64,000 nucleotides of DNA. Origin: Babesia bigemina (taxonomy: Eukaryota). The first letter of the stretch is position 1. Each line of letters begins with the position of its first letter. Of this stretch, positions 1 through 11,408 are shown piece by piece. The stretch covers positions 248,001 to 312,000 of the forward strand of contig NC_027216.1 in the NCBI RefSeq assembly GCF_000981445.1, in the 5' to 3' direction. Made by a program: the position numbers and the translations under genes. The notes under the pieces were generated by a model. It was not told the DNA's origin, did not search any database, and was given only the letters and a program-made list of their open reading frames with translations.

Positions 1-914
1 ATTGAGATCTGCTTGACGCAGCACCTCAGTGAGCCGCTGGGCCTCGGCGGATGCCATTGCGATTTCGTAATCTAGTTGTTCCAACTGCGATTCGTTTTGG
101 TTGATTGTGGTAATCAGGGATGAGTGCTGTTGCAAGAGGTTGTCTCGCACAGACCGCTGCGAGGAGAGCAAGGCGATCCGGCCCTCGTCGTCTGCTTTCA
201 GAAACGACAGGGTGCTGCTCGCCGTTATGTCGGCGTTCTCAAGGAACAGGATGGCTTCATTAGCTTCGCGCTGCAGTTCCGAGATCATGCGCTCCAATTC
301 GGGGCCTCCGTTGTTGCCAACGACGGACGTAAAAGCCTAACACCGACTTGTGGCAGGGCAATAATAGTGATGAAACCATCGCATCTAATCATATGCAGCT
401 GATTTGTGTAACGCGTTGTACATTCCCCGTTAAAGCACAAATGCTTCTCTGGCACCATATGCGGCACATGCCGCTAGGGAGGTGCAGACACTTGCACATT
501 TAGGCGTTGAAAGGTGGATACACATCAAGCTCTCCATCCACACTAATGCACCCATGAATGCAGCCGTGGAATGGCATGAATGTAGTATAACAGCACGTCG
601 ATGTTGCCAGATGCAAATCAGACCTACCTTCTCGAAACGCTCATCGTTCTCAGAGCTCTCCGGTGATAGAAAGCCGATTAAGTCATCCAGAGCGGCTACC
701 AAGTCCCTGCAAATGCTACAGACACCACTGTTTGTCTTACCTGCAATGTGTAACCAGACCAGTGGAATCATCGGCGTCGGCTGCAAACGATTGGCGCAAG
801 GCAAATACACATCTAAGCTCAAAGCGCGGCTTCGAACTCACTTAATACTTCCAGAAGCTCGTTGAGGCGCCGTCTGGCTTGGCTCAGAGCCTCGGCATGT
901 GGCCCATCGGTCAT
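1..914 (-). CDS. Multi-exon coiled-coil protein of unknown function, 3' end outside the window
   Basis: ATG at 914 (MTDGPHAEALSQARRRLNELLEVL). GT-AG introns join phase-compatible exons to an open exon <1-336 (AFTSVVGNNGGPELERMISELQREANE...QLEQLDYEIAMASAEAQRLTEVLRQADLN) with heptad-like composition. Confidence 0.6.
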
Positions 915-1115
915 GGTAGAGAACGCACATCACCGTCATACGCAACACCGTTAACCGAAAAGCTTAAATGGACGACTACGCGTCATGGTCGATCTGCTGG
1001 ATGCTGCAAGCGCAGTTTTCGCGCAATGTGGTCGGAATGTGACCACGCGCCAATTCGCGTACACACCTGAGCAGCTTTAACTGGGGCGTCACTGAGAATT
1101 TTATATCGCTTCTAT

Positions 1116-3011
1116 ATGCGTAGAGGTGTTCTCAACAAGCTTGTATGTCATTTTACTAGGCTTTCGTCATCGCGAACTATGGTGGGACTTACTACGGGCG
1201 CGCCAACTGCCGCGCTTATGAAGCTCGCGGAGGAGCGCTCCAGCAAGACCTTGGAATCAACGCAGCCGAGGTACGAGCGTATCGGCCGCTTGCTGACCAT
1301 TTTGGGTGCTGCGAGTGGAGGGAACAGCCGCGTTCCCATCTCTGTCCACCTTTCCGATATTTACGGCAAGACCAAGCTCGGTGATGTCTATGACATTCAC
1401 AGCGGCATGCGGCCTATCAAGCACGCCGAGTTCGAGGCGCTGCGCCTCGGTACAAGCGCCGCCCAGACCGAGCTGCCAACGATTTCCGTCGCCGGGTGGT
1501 GCAAAACCGTACGTATGCAGAATGCCGGGAAGCTGGGATTCGTCATCATCAACGACGGCAGCTGCAAGGCCGATTTGCAGGTCATAGTACACGAGGGAGC
1601 CATTGGACACGACATCGTGAGCAAGTGCACCGCCGGCACGACCGCCAGCGTGAAGGGCATCCTGGTGGAGAGGCCTCCCAAGGCAGCAGCCGCCCAGGAC
1701 GCGCCAAAGGAGGAAACGCTTGAGGCGATTGCACAGAAATACGAAGTGCATGTGTGCTCATTCGAGGGACATCGCTTTGAAATCATCGGCGAGAATCGCG
1801 ACGCCGCAAAGTACCCGATTGCCAAGAAGTACATCACGCATGAATTCCTGCGTGAGGTCGCCCACCTCAGGCCCAGGAGCTACTTCATCAGCGCCGTGAT
1901 GAGAGTGAGGAGCGCGTTGGCCATGGCTACGCACACCTACTTCCAGAGGCTCGGGTGCATCTATCTCAGCACGCCGCTCATCACGACGACGGACTGCGAA
2001 GGCGCCGGCGAACTGTTCCAGGTCACCACCATCCTGGAAGGCTGCCGTACCATGGGCGACCTGTCGAAACGGATGTTGGGCGGTGATGCGCAAAAGGCTA
2101 AGACTTTGGAGGAGATGGAGCTCGATTTCAAGAAGGACTTCTTCAAGCGCAGGGCCTTCCTCACCTGCAGTGGGCAGCTTTCCGCAGAGAACTACACGTG
2201 CGCCATGGGCAAGGTGTACACCTTCGGGCCGGCGTTCCGCGCGGAACACAGCCACACCTACAGGCACTTGGCGGAGTTCTGGATGGTGGAGCCTGAGATT
2301 GATTTCTGCGACCTGCCGAAAAACATGGAGATCGCGGAAGAGTACATCAAATTCTGCATCCAGTATGCGTTGGATCACTGCCTGGATGACATTATGTACC
2401 TGGAGAGCATCGGAGACGCTGGACTTGTGGAAAACCTACGCTCGTTCGTACGCGACAGATTCGCGCGCATCACCTACACCGACGTCATTGATATCCTGTT
2501 GCAGCACGAGGCTGACTTCAAGGCCGGTTTGGTTAGCGGAGCGGAATGCATGAAACGGGAGGACGGCGTGGAACCTCAGAAAACGGCCTTCGAAAACCCC
2601 GTATACTGGGGAGTCGACCTGTCCAGTGAGCATGAACGCTTCATTGCGGAAGTCGTCTTCAAGAAGCCGACCATCATCTACAACTACCCCTCGAAAATCA
2701 AGGCGTTCTACATGCGCAGGAACGATGACGGCAGGACTTGCGCAGCGATGGACGTCATCGTCCCGCAGTTCGGTGAGCTTGTCGGCGGGTCGCAGCGTGA
2801 GGAGAGGCCGGAGGTGCTGGAGGCCTCCATCAAAGAGAACGGGCTCAACGCGGAGGATTACTCGTGGTACATGGATTTGCGCACGTACGGTTCAATTCCT
2901 CACTCAGGTTTCGGGCTCGGATTCGAACGGCTGGTCATGCTTGTAACGGGAGTGGCTAACATCAGGGATGCAATTCCGTTCCCTCGTTACGTGGGCAAAG
3001 CTGACTTCTGA
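1116..3011 (+). CDS. NARS: Asparaginyl-tRNA synthetase (class IIb)
   Basis: OB-fold (VAGWCKTVR...FVIINDGS), TPLITTTDCEGAGELFQVTT, FLTCSGQL, motif 2 FRAEHSHTYRHLAEFWMVEPE and motif 3 PHSGFGLGFERL. Start could be 1116, 1179 or 1218. Confidence 0.95.
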   Translation: MRRGVLNKLVCHFTRLSSSRTMVGLTTGAPTAALMKLAEERSSKTLESTQPRYERIGRLLTILGAASGGNSRVPISVHLSDIYGKTKLGDVYDIHSGMRPIKHAEFEALRLGTSAAQTELPTISVAGWCKTVRMQNAGKLGFVIINDGSCKADLQVIVHEGAIGHDIVSKCTAGTTASVKGILVERPPKAAAAQDAPKEETLEAIAQKYEVHVCSFEGHRFEIIGENRDAAKYPIAKKYITHEFLREVAHLRPRSYFISAVMRVRSALAMATHTYFQRLGCIYLSTPLITTTDCEGAGELFQVTTILEGCRTMGDLSKRMLGGDAQKAKTLEEMELDFKKDFFKRRAFLTCSGQLSAENYTCAMGKVYTFGPAFRAEHSHTYRHLAEFWMVEPEIDFCDLPKNMEIAEEYIKFCIQYALDHCLDDIMYLESIGDAGLVENLRSFVRDRFARITYTDVIDILLQHEADFKAGLVSGAECMKREDGVEPQKTAFENPVYWGVDLSSEHERFIAEVVFKKPTIIYNYPSKIKAFYMRRNDDGRTCAAMDVIVPQFGELVGGSQREERPEVLEASIKENGLNAEDYSWYMDLRTYGSIPHSGFGLGFERLVMLVTGVANIRDAIPFPRYVGKADF

Positions 3012-4434
3012 GTGGCGCGTCAAACGACAAAAAATGTTGTAACATATTTGTCTTAAGACGTTTCGTATAGAAATTGCGCTGGTCCTGTTTCGTGTTTGGC
3101 TGCATTCGTCGTGCCGGATTGGGCTTCTTGATGTTATGGCGGAATCTACGAAATGTAGTTGATAAGCACCACTTGGGTTGAACATTCTTACGGGCAAGGT
3201 TGCTACAGGGCAACCTCAGCATGCGTATTTTATGACATAAACTCGACATCATGTCGCTCTCAACACTTACGTGTATCTTTTGGATACGTACAGCAGACTT
3301 CGGAACTGCAGACAATGCTGGGCATATAAGCCAACTAAACGCACTTTCAAAATAGAATAATAAGTAAATCGTTTGTATTTGCTGATATGATACCTGCAAA
3401 AATACCAGGCTACTTACAAATGGGCATAACCGTACACTGCAATGCGCAGGATATGGTCCATGTTGTGCGGCTACAACAGGTTCAGTACCCGCCATTTCAC
3501 CACGCAAGCCATTTCTAGGTGATATGGGTAGGCCTATTTCCACAGTGTTGTGAGAACACGCATGTTGATACATGGGTGACAAACTACGAAAAACGGAAAC
3601 ATTTCATACTGGGCAGCCTATGGAGCACCCAATTCAAAAAGTAAAATAATATGATGGCAGACTACAGTACGATCAAGGTTCGGAATTATCGCTTGTGCCG
3701 AATGCAGTTGGGTTTAAATTGCGTAACTGAAGCATAAAGTTGTCGTCGGCAAACATGGGTAGAACGTGCAGTATTATGATGAAGGGCACAACATCCGTTG
3801 CAATGTGACATAACGTGTACGTTATTTGCACTCATAAATTATGGCGATTGAGGCGAACGTTGATCAATCTACATGGTAGCCAGACTGCGGTGGCCTGCAA
3901 CCAAGATTGGTAGTTTGCGAAAAATGAACATTCCGTGCATTGAGAGCAGTATCATACGCATCTATCCACAGATTAGATGCTATAAAGTTTGGAAGCCAGT
4001 GGAATAAAGTAGTCAAGGTGACGTACATTTGCAGCGACCTTGCGGAGGGAGCTGGCTACATTTTAATCGGCATGCCCGTTTACGAGCTAGAGTTGTGTTT
4101 TTATAAAGGAATCGCTTCTAGTATTATTTATTCGTGGTGACAGATTCATTTGATGAAAATTTTGTCTTTTTTCCTCAATGAGCAAGCCTATGATTCTGGG
4201 GTTAAACGAATTACGGATGATTATCCCGTTCAAGACAAAGATTGTATCATTCCGCACATGGAATGTAATATCCGAAGTTACATTCTGTGCGATTCTATCG
4301 CAATGGATGCCGTGAAGCACGGTTCCATATATGCCACCTAGTATTGGTCCCAATCGTTACCTTGTTGTGACCTTCCACTATGTGTTGGCAAAACAATCAT
4401 TTGGAGAGAATGAATACTTGATCCGGATGTCATA

Positions 4435-5857
4435 ATGAAGCGACCGCAGACGCCTTCTGCGGGGGCAGGTACAGCTCCAAAGGTTGAGCATGATGCGGTG
4501 GGGAAATCACTCTACAGCTTGGTCTCTTTGGTCGAAGGCTTCGATCAGCACATGTTGTGTATGTGTATGAGGGCTTTCGAGGCTTCTTTGGGTCTGAATC
4601 AGTCGCAATTATCTACGCTGATGACCGTGTCTAATATTTCGCGCTTGGGCTGCTGTCTGATTTGGGGATTGCTGGCAGATAAGTATAAATTAAATCACGT
4701 GTTCGCAGCAGGCCTCCTGTGGATGGGTATTTTTTCGATCATTCAGAGTTCCACGTCCGACTACAAATCAGTAAGTTACGATGGGTTTCGCTGAGATAAC
4801 GCATCTGCAGATTATTATCTTACGCATTTTACACGGTTTTGCTTTTGCCTGCATTTACCCCGTGCAACAAAAAATTGTTGCGGAAGACTATAGTGACGTG
4901 TCGTGTAACCTAATATTCGGTACCATGCAAGCGTTGAACTGCATAGGGAGTCTGGTCTGTGCAGTTGTCACGACGCGTATTGCGCGACAAGTAATATTGG
5001 GACACTACGGCTGGCGCACTGCTTATGTCGTTTTGGGGTACGTATGGATATTGTTTGGTATAGCAATTATGTATGGAATGACAAGAGGGAAAAGTGAGAA
5101 AGAGAGATGTAACGCAAAGGACAAAACGGATGTGAAAGAAGTGATAGAAGTAGCCTTTTCAGCAGTTTTTTACTGTAAGACGGCAGGTATCTCAATATTC
5201 ACGCTATTCGTAGCGGAAACTCCCACGTGCGCGATTTCCAATATGGCCCTGTACCTCCAATATTTGGGAGTGTCTGACGCCATGGCAGGTGTTGCCGTGG
5301 CCACGACAATGATTGGTTGTGCATTAGGAAGCGGCGTTGGTGGCTTAATTATTAAGTATATTTCAGAAAATTATGAAAGGCGTGGGGAACTTTATTCCGG
5401 TATTGCCGTTCTTGTCATCCGACTAATTCTCTGTCTATTATTCTTTTTATGGAAGCCCCCATGCGGAACTCTGTGTTGGTATCATTACATGGAGTTAGCA
5501 GCGTTCGGTGGAACATTAGTGACGGTTGGTGGTGTAGACAGGGCCCTTTTGAAGAAAGCAATCGAGGACAAGTGTCAAGCTACCGCGGCAGCTGTGATTA
5601 GAACCATATCAGGCATCGCAAGTATTGTAATTCTCTTCCAGATTTCCACGTATTTGTCCGAAAATGTGTTTGGCTACATTCCGTCGACAGCGCCTTTCGA
5701 AACCATGCAGGTCAGTATTAAACATAGAAATGCTGAAGCACTGAAGTTGTCCATGATGTACATTATTGTAGCAGGCACGATACTCAACATTTTTTGTTAT
5801 GTTGCGTTGTTGTGTTATGCTCCTGAGAGAGAAGGTGATAAAGGAAAAGTAAAATGA
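4435..5857 (+). CDS. Major facilitator superfamily transporter (2 exons)
   Basis: Exon 4435-4770, 40-nt intron 4771-4810 (GTAAGT...CTGCAG), in-frame exon 4811-5857. About 11-12 hydrophobic segments, motif-A-like WGLLADKY, and LRILHGFAFA and YGWRTAY typical of MFS. Confidence 0.85.
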
Positions 5858-8800
5858 AGTGCAATGAAGAGTATGAAAAGCAAGCTGAAGGACAGAATAA
5901 TGCGTCTGAGGAAAAGAAAGATGGCATTGTTTGAAGATCGATACAATATCCCAATGAGCATTTCGGAAAATTTTACACGATAGCTGATTTGCTATGTTGG
6001 GGATATATGTATCCATGCCATTGGCACTTCACATGTGGTTGGTTTTTGAATTGGTGACGCCAAACGTATTTCAAAGGCAGGACAACCGCCTACAAGATTT
6101 CCTCAAGGAGATGCAGCAGAAAGTGTATGTAGTTAGTTGAATGAAAATTATTCGCTGCTCCAATCACGAGAAAGAACGAAGTTGCGAATCAGAAGAATTT
6201 TGCTGCATAATGCAAGAATACAAAGTATACCATTTACTCCCGTACAAAGCGCGGCAAGTGCCATAAATAGAAATACACGGGCATATGGCGGCTGCTGTGT
6301 GAGGGTTACTTCGCTAACGCGAACGTTCATGCGAAGACTCTCAACTTTGCAGGAGGCGGAGAACACCAATATCGCTGACGTTCAACCCGAGTGTGTGACT
6401 TGGCAATTGATGAGCGTGACGATGACTAAACACGAGTCCGTTGCGTTCATCAAACACGTGATGGATCTGCCGTCTCTACATTTCCACGTGCCACCGGCTC
6501 TCACCGAATTGTTGAAGCAAGGCTTCTACCCACTCTTGCAAGTTGTTATATAGTAATTTAATGGCGTTGCAGATGAGTGGTCACGTCAATTGCAGTTAAA
6601 ATGTTGACGGTTGAGTTGAAGGTGACAATTTCACGAACTAAGGCATTGGTTCCTTTCAGATTATAACCGATAATAGTTACGTTACAAAAATAGCGACTAT
6701 TTCGGACATGAAATATTAATACTACCAGTAACTACTTTCGCAGCTTAGGCATTTGTATGTGCACATAACCGATTTGTACAAATGATTTATCATCGTTGAA
6801 CCTACAATTGTATTTCTGTTGGGTGTTGTGCTGCACCGCCAGAGAAAACTGTCGTGCTTAGCGTGACCTACTATGCTCATGCTATGTCGCAGCAGGAGGG
6901 TTATGTGTTTTAGACAAGGTTACGAGTTTATGGTGGATGGTCAGGTGTATTAGGATGGGATGATGTTGGAAAATGTTGTGGTGGTTTGCCTCGCAGTGCT
7001 GACGTGGAAGAATGAAACGCTAGAGGTTTCTATTAAGTAATAGTTAACAACATAAAACCGCATTATCTTTTCCGTATATGGCATAACAATATTGATGTAA
7101 AGGAAGCTGCGAACCTGCGTTATTTTAACCTCTATTTTTGAACACATCAAGCACACCGTTGAAAAGTTTTTTGTCGTGCTACAACGGGTATATCCTTTTA
7201 ACATTGATGACCAGAGAAGCAGCTTCAAGAAATCGCAAGGGGCATTGAAAGCGGATAGCAACTCCTGATTTAACCTTATCCAGCCCCTTCAACACCTAAG
7301 TATCAACGGCAATTAACATAGCAGCTCGAGTTTGGACGTTTTAGATGCCATTATGTATTGCTCTCTACTTTCGCTCTATAACAGTTCTGTGTATCATATG
7401 GTGTCTTAAGCTCAAACTAGCATTAGCCTAGACGGATTTTTTAGACGGGTTGTGATATGCTCACCTGCTCCAGTCCCACCTGATTACATATTTTCATGCG
7501 TACGGCTTCACTCACAACCAAGGTCCACATGTAATTACCCACATCACCATATTATATATACGCTTAACACCAGTTGTAAGCCTTGTCACGGTTAGTCGCT
7601 AAATACGAAGTTGACTCTAAGGTTACGTATTAATGGATGCAATGTTGGGCATGGTCTATCCTAAATGGTCGTGTCAAAACTTTTCGAGATTGCTGCTTAC
7701 CATATTCACAATTTACATCACATAATTCCCGCTAGGCTTCACAAAATAGGCGTGGTTTATAAACGCAGGAGTAGTGTCCGCCAGTATCATCATCGCCGTT
7801 CACCAGACTTTCTTACCACAACCGTATTCAATTCAATAATAGATTCGCACTCACATGCAATACCTACCCCAAATATAACATTCTAACTAACAGAGTCACA
7901 CCACCATCCGTTATTTGCGACGTAAATTAACCATGTAAAGTCCCACAACCTTTTCCACCGCCACCCGACATGAGATTACTGAGCTGGATGATACAGTTCA
8001 GATCACATGTCAAAAGTTTCCAACAAAAAGGTTATGTAATCGTAGACATCTTCAACGTAATCATTCATAGAAGTGTCTTTAGGAGACAATTAAGTGTCCA
8101 CGTTATTATATTTCATCGATGCGATAATCCCAGTGCCCCGCTGAAACAGTGAATATGAGGTAGATGGTTCACGTTGCCGAAATTTAAACATAACTAGACG
8201 TTTTATCAAAACATTTCATGACCATTATGTATTCAGTAAATGTGATGCTAGTAGAATGGAAGACAAGGTGCGTCATCTCAGCAATTGAAGTGGGCAGCCC
8301 TCCGCCGCCAAGCACACATCGGTGGGAGAACATTTACAAGCGGTATTTGGCTGATTAGATATCCCAACTAAAGTAATTGCCGCTCATATGAGGAGACTTC
8401 GGACGATCAAGTGGTTAATGGCTCAAGTAGCATACCAATGATGTTGAGAAAACTTCGGTGACACCGCCCACACAGATATGATCACTTTAAGAACGAGGAC
8501 CATAGCCAAACGGTGGAGACAAAATCAGATGTAAGTAGTGATGTTGAAAACGCGAACTGAGTATCGAAGGTGAGATGTTTGAGAGCAGTAATTAAAGCCT
8601 TGAAGCCGGTGGCTCGTGACTAACTGCAATTTGAAATGGTAATAGCCTGTTCAACAGTTGTGAGCTGCTGAAGATGATGTAACTTGGATCGAATATAATA
8701 ACAAATGACGTTTGCTGCGTGAAGGCGTGTCAGCGATGTTTCAGTATCGACAGTCGGATCCTAACCAATTAATTGTATTATACATCTTTGCAGCGCATCT

Positions 8801-9648
8801 ATTAATTCGATTTCGAAAGCAAACAGTGCGTGTATGGTAAACGGCTAGGTTGAATATCTATAATGATTGTTCATCCCATCTGCGAGAGTAGCTGCAGCCG
8901 GAAAATGTTGAAGTGAGGTCAAATAATTTTTTGAAGCAAAATGACAATAAAACACATTGTAAACAAGAAGCTAAAACATCAGTTATGCGTCATAGATTGT
9001 ATGATGAAGATGTACTTGTGTTAATATAACGCTTCGCTTCCGCCGGCGAACGGAGAGTACTGCGGGGAAATTTAAGTCGTTTCCTGTAAATCCATTGCAC
9101 ATTGCCCAGCGCATCAATCTCGAATGCTTATGATTAGCCTCTAATCTAATGATGCTATAATTGAAGGTTTCGATGTGGTAATCGGATCTTTATTTAAGTC
9201 ATGCAAATGGTACCGTTGACGCCCCGCTTTCAGATTAGGATATTGCGCAACGGAAGCAACAAGTTCGAAATATCATTAAATCATAACGTGCCATCACCTA
9301 TTGTGTGATGTCAATAACTGGTGTGTATTGGATTCGTAGCAGTGTGTTGCGATTTCACATTCACCAGGTGTGCCATGCATCTACAACATAGGATTCCTTA
9401 AACAACTCCATTTTCTCCGCAGTGTACGGTATCGAGCAGTTGGATATCCCGTCTTGATGTCGATCTAATCTGAGGCGACTGAGATATAGAATCACTCAAC
9501 TCGTGTAACCGTCAGGTTGGTTGTTCGTCGTTCCGCATTGTTGCTTGCTTTTATGATGCGTCGTCACCTAATCGTGACTATTTCAGCAGTTATTCTGTTT
9601 GTATATGTTGTTCATACCTTTGTAGGGTTCTGCGAATGAATTTGGGGG

Positions 9649-10545
9649 ATGATGGCGAGGGAGCAGGTGGAGGGGAACACGTGTCAATGCTTCAATATTA
9701 CGTGTGATAAGTCCAGCAATGGTCCATGCTCTGATGAAAAATGTACTACGTGCAAGTCGTGCTGCGATCCTAACTGCAAGCGCTGCAAGGATAAATGCAA
9801 GAAAAACGATCCTTGTAGATGTCATATTCCCCGCTGTGGTTGTCAAGAAGATTGTTATGGAGACGGCAAAGATGGTAAATGCAAAGGAAAAGAGAAGAAT
9901 GATTGTAAGAGATGCGAGACAAAATGCGAAAAAGGGCAACCATGTCTATGTTATCAATGCAGTTGCGGAACGAAATGTAATGGCGTTATTTGTAGCTGCT
10001 GTAGCTGGTGTGATCCGAGGAATTGTAATGGAAAAGGGTGTAATGGCTACGTAATCGGCAGGTGCGGAGACAAAAAGCCAAGGCCTGATAAATGCCAAGG
10101 CCACGTCAAATACGACAACTACGACGACAAATACGGCGCTGTATTGGTTCGCACTACTAAAAATGTAATCGTGTGCGATAAAATGCCCCACCCAGGCGAG
10201 GAATGTACTGAAAACAACTGCAATTGGCTTGGTGGTGTACTGCAGCCCGACGGCAATTGCATCATTTATTGCACATACTGCGGTAAACTATGCGGCCAAG
10301 ATAAATTTAGGCGCTGCTGCTACATAGCTGTTCCCTTGGTTATCACTGTGTCAGCATTCCTTATTTTTAGGTTTATGCTTCCCGAGAAGTTCCACGCGAT
10401 TACGACTAAAATACGTGCCGCATTTCCCAGTGCTCCTAGGCATCCCGGAAGATCCCTGACTAATCTCGTCGGTGGCGGACTTCCCGATGTTAACGTTGAC
10501 CGCTACGCCGCCTTCCGTCCAAGGACATACGCTGGCTTATCGTAG
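9649..10545 (+). CDS. Cys/Lys-rich protein with a single C-terminal TM segment; 5' end unresolved, possibly frameshifted
   Basis: About 40 Cys in about 215 aa (CxC, CxxC, CC), then a hydrophobic helix IAVPLVITVSAFLIFRFML and a short tail. A signal-like ORF starts upstream at 9553. Confidence 0.7.
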   Translation: MMAREQVEGNTCQCFNITCDKSSNGPCSDEKCTTCKSCCDPNCKRCKDKCKKNDPCRCHIPRCGCQEDCYGDGKDGKCKGKEKNDCKRCETKCEKGQPCLCYQCSCGTKCNGVICSCCSWCDPRNCNGKGCNGYVIGRCGDKKPRPDKCQGHVKYDNYDDKYGAVLVRTTKNVIVCDKMPHPGEECTENNCNWLGGVLQPDGNCIIYCTYCGKLCGQDKFRRCCYIAVPLVITVSAFLIFRFMLPEKFHAITTKIRAAFPSAPRHPGRSLTNLVGGGLPDVNVDRYAAFRPRTYAGLS

Positions 10546-11408
10546 AATATGTAGAGCGCTAATATGGCAACAACTGTATTATAAAAATGTAGTGATTTCC
10601 TTTTGTTTTATTATCAGAACCATTGAAATCATCGCTGCTCTAGTGCAGAGTGATGCATGACAGAAATACGGGGCAATTGTTATGAATGAGTTATATAAAC
10701 CATCCCTAGTCATAGTTAAGTACTATGCTCATGAATTTGTCATGGTATCATGTAAACCAGCCTAGTATATTATGTCGTTTAATATGTCCTGCGGTACCAT
10801 ATCCACGCCATGTCATTTCATATGGTTCCACTAGCCACCTTAGTGTCACGTTCTACCATGGTGCCGCTAAATTCCATATTTCACGTCGCCTTCACTTCGG
10901 GCATCAGACTAAACTCATTCATATTGTGCAGCAAGTATTTTATGTTCAATTGCATGTTTGTGTAACTCCTAATTTGGAGCTTACTTATCATACTCTTCTC
11001 TTCGAGTTCTCATATATATGATGATTCCGCGTACGCCCTCTTTTACTTATGATGTTCAATATTTCCCCTCCGACCTGTATAAAACAGCTTCGTGAGTCAC
11101 TTTGATCGGTAATCCATCCACTTTAGGAGGCAACATTTTGCCACATGCTGAGTAAAAGATTTAGCTTCTATACTACCCTGCAAGATGTGGCTCAACTAGT
11201 ATCGCCTTTTGTTGCGCCTGCAGAAATTAGCGTTTACCGCACCTCAACTTCTGCTTGCATGATAACGTAATCACTGATTTGCCACAAAATGTATTGACAC
11301 CCACCACCACAACAGCGCATATACAACCACCAACGTCATAAAAATCCGATTATTTAGAATCGCTGTTTGTGTGATAGCACTCAGCAGCGAAATGGGTGCA
11401 GATGGTGC

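Noticed and set aside
6137..6553. 138-aa ORF in the island
   Set aside because: Non-ATG start, no codon bias and no motif.
8250..8700. Purine-rich stretch as a decayed variant-antigen gene
   Set aside because: The frames I translated are interrupted by stops and no diagnostic motif is visible by eye; a tBLASTn search is needed.
9637..9639. In-frame TGA as a selenocysteine codon
   Set aside because: No SECIS was recognised downstream, the position is in a leader rather than a redox motif, and piroplasms are reported to lack Sec machinery.
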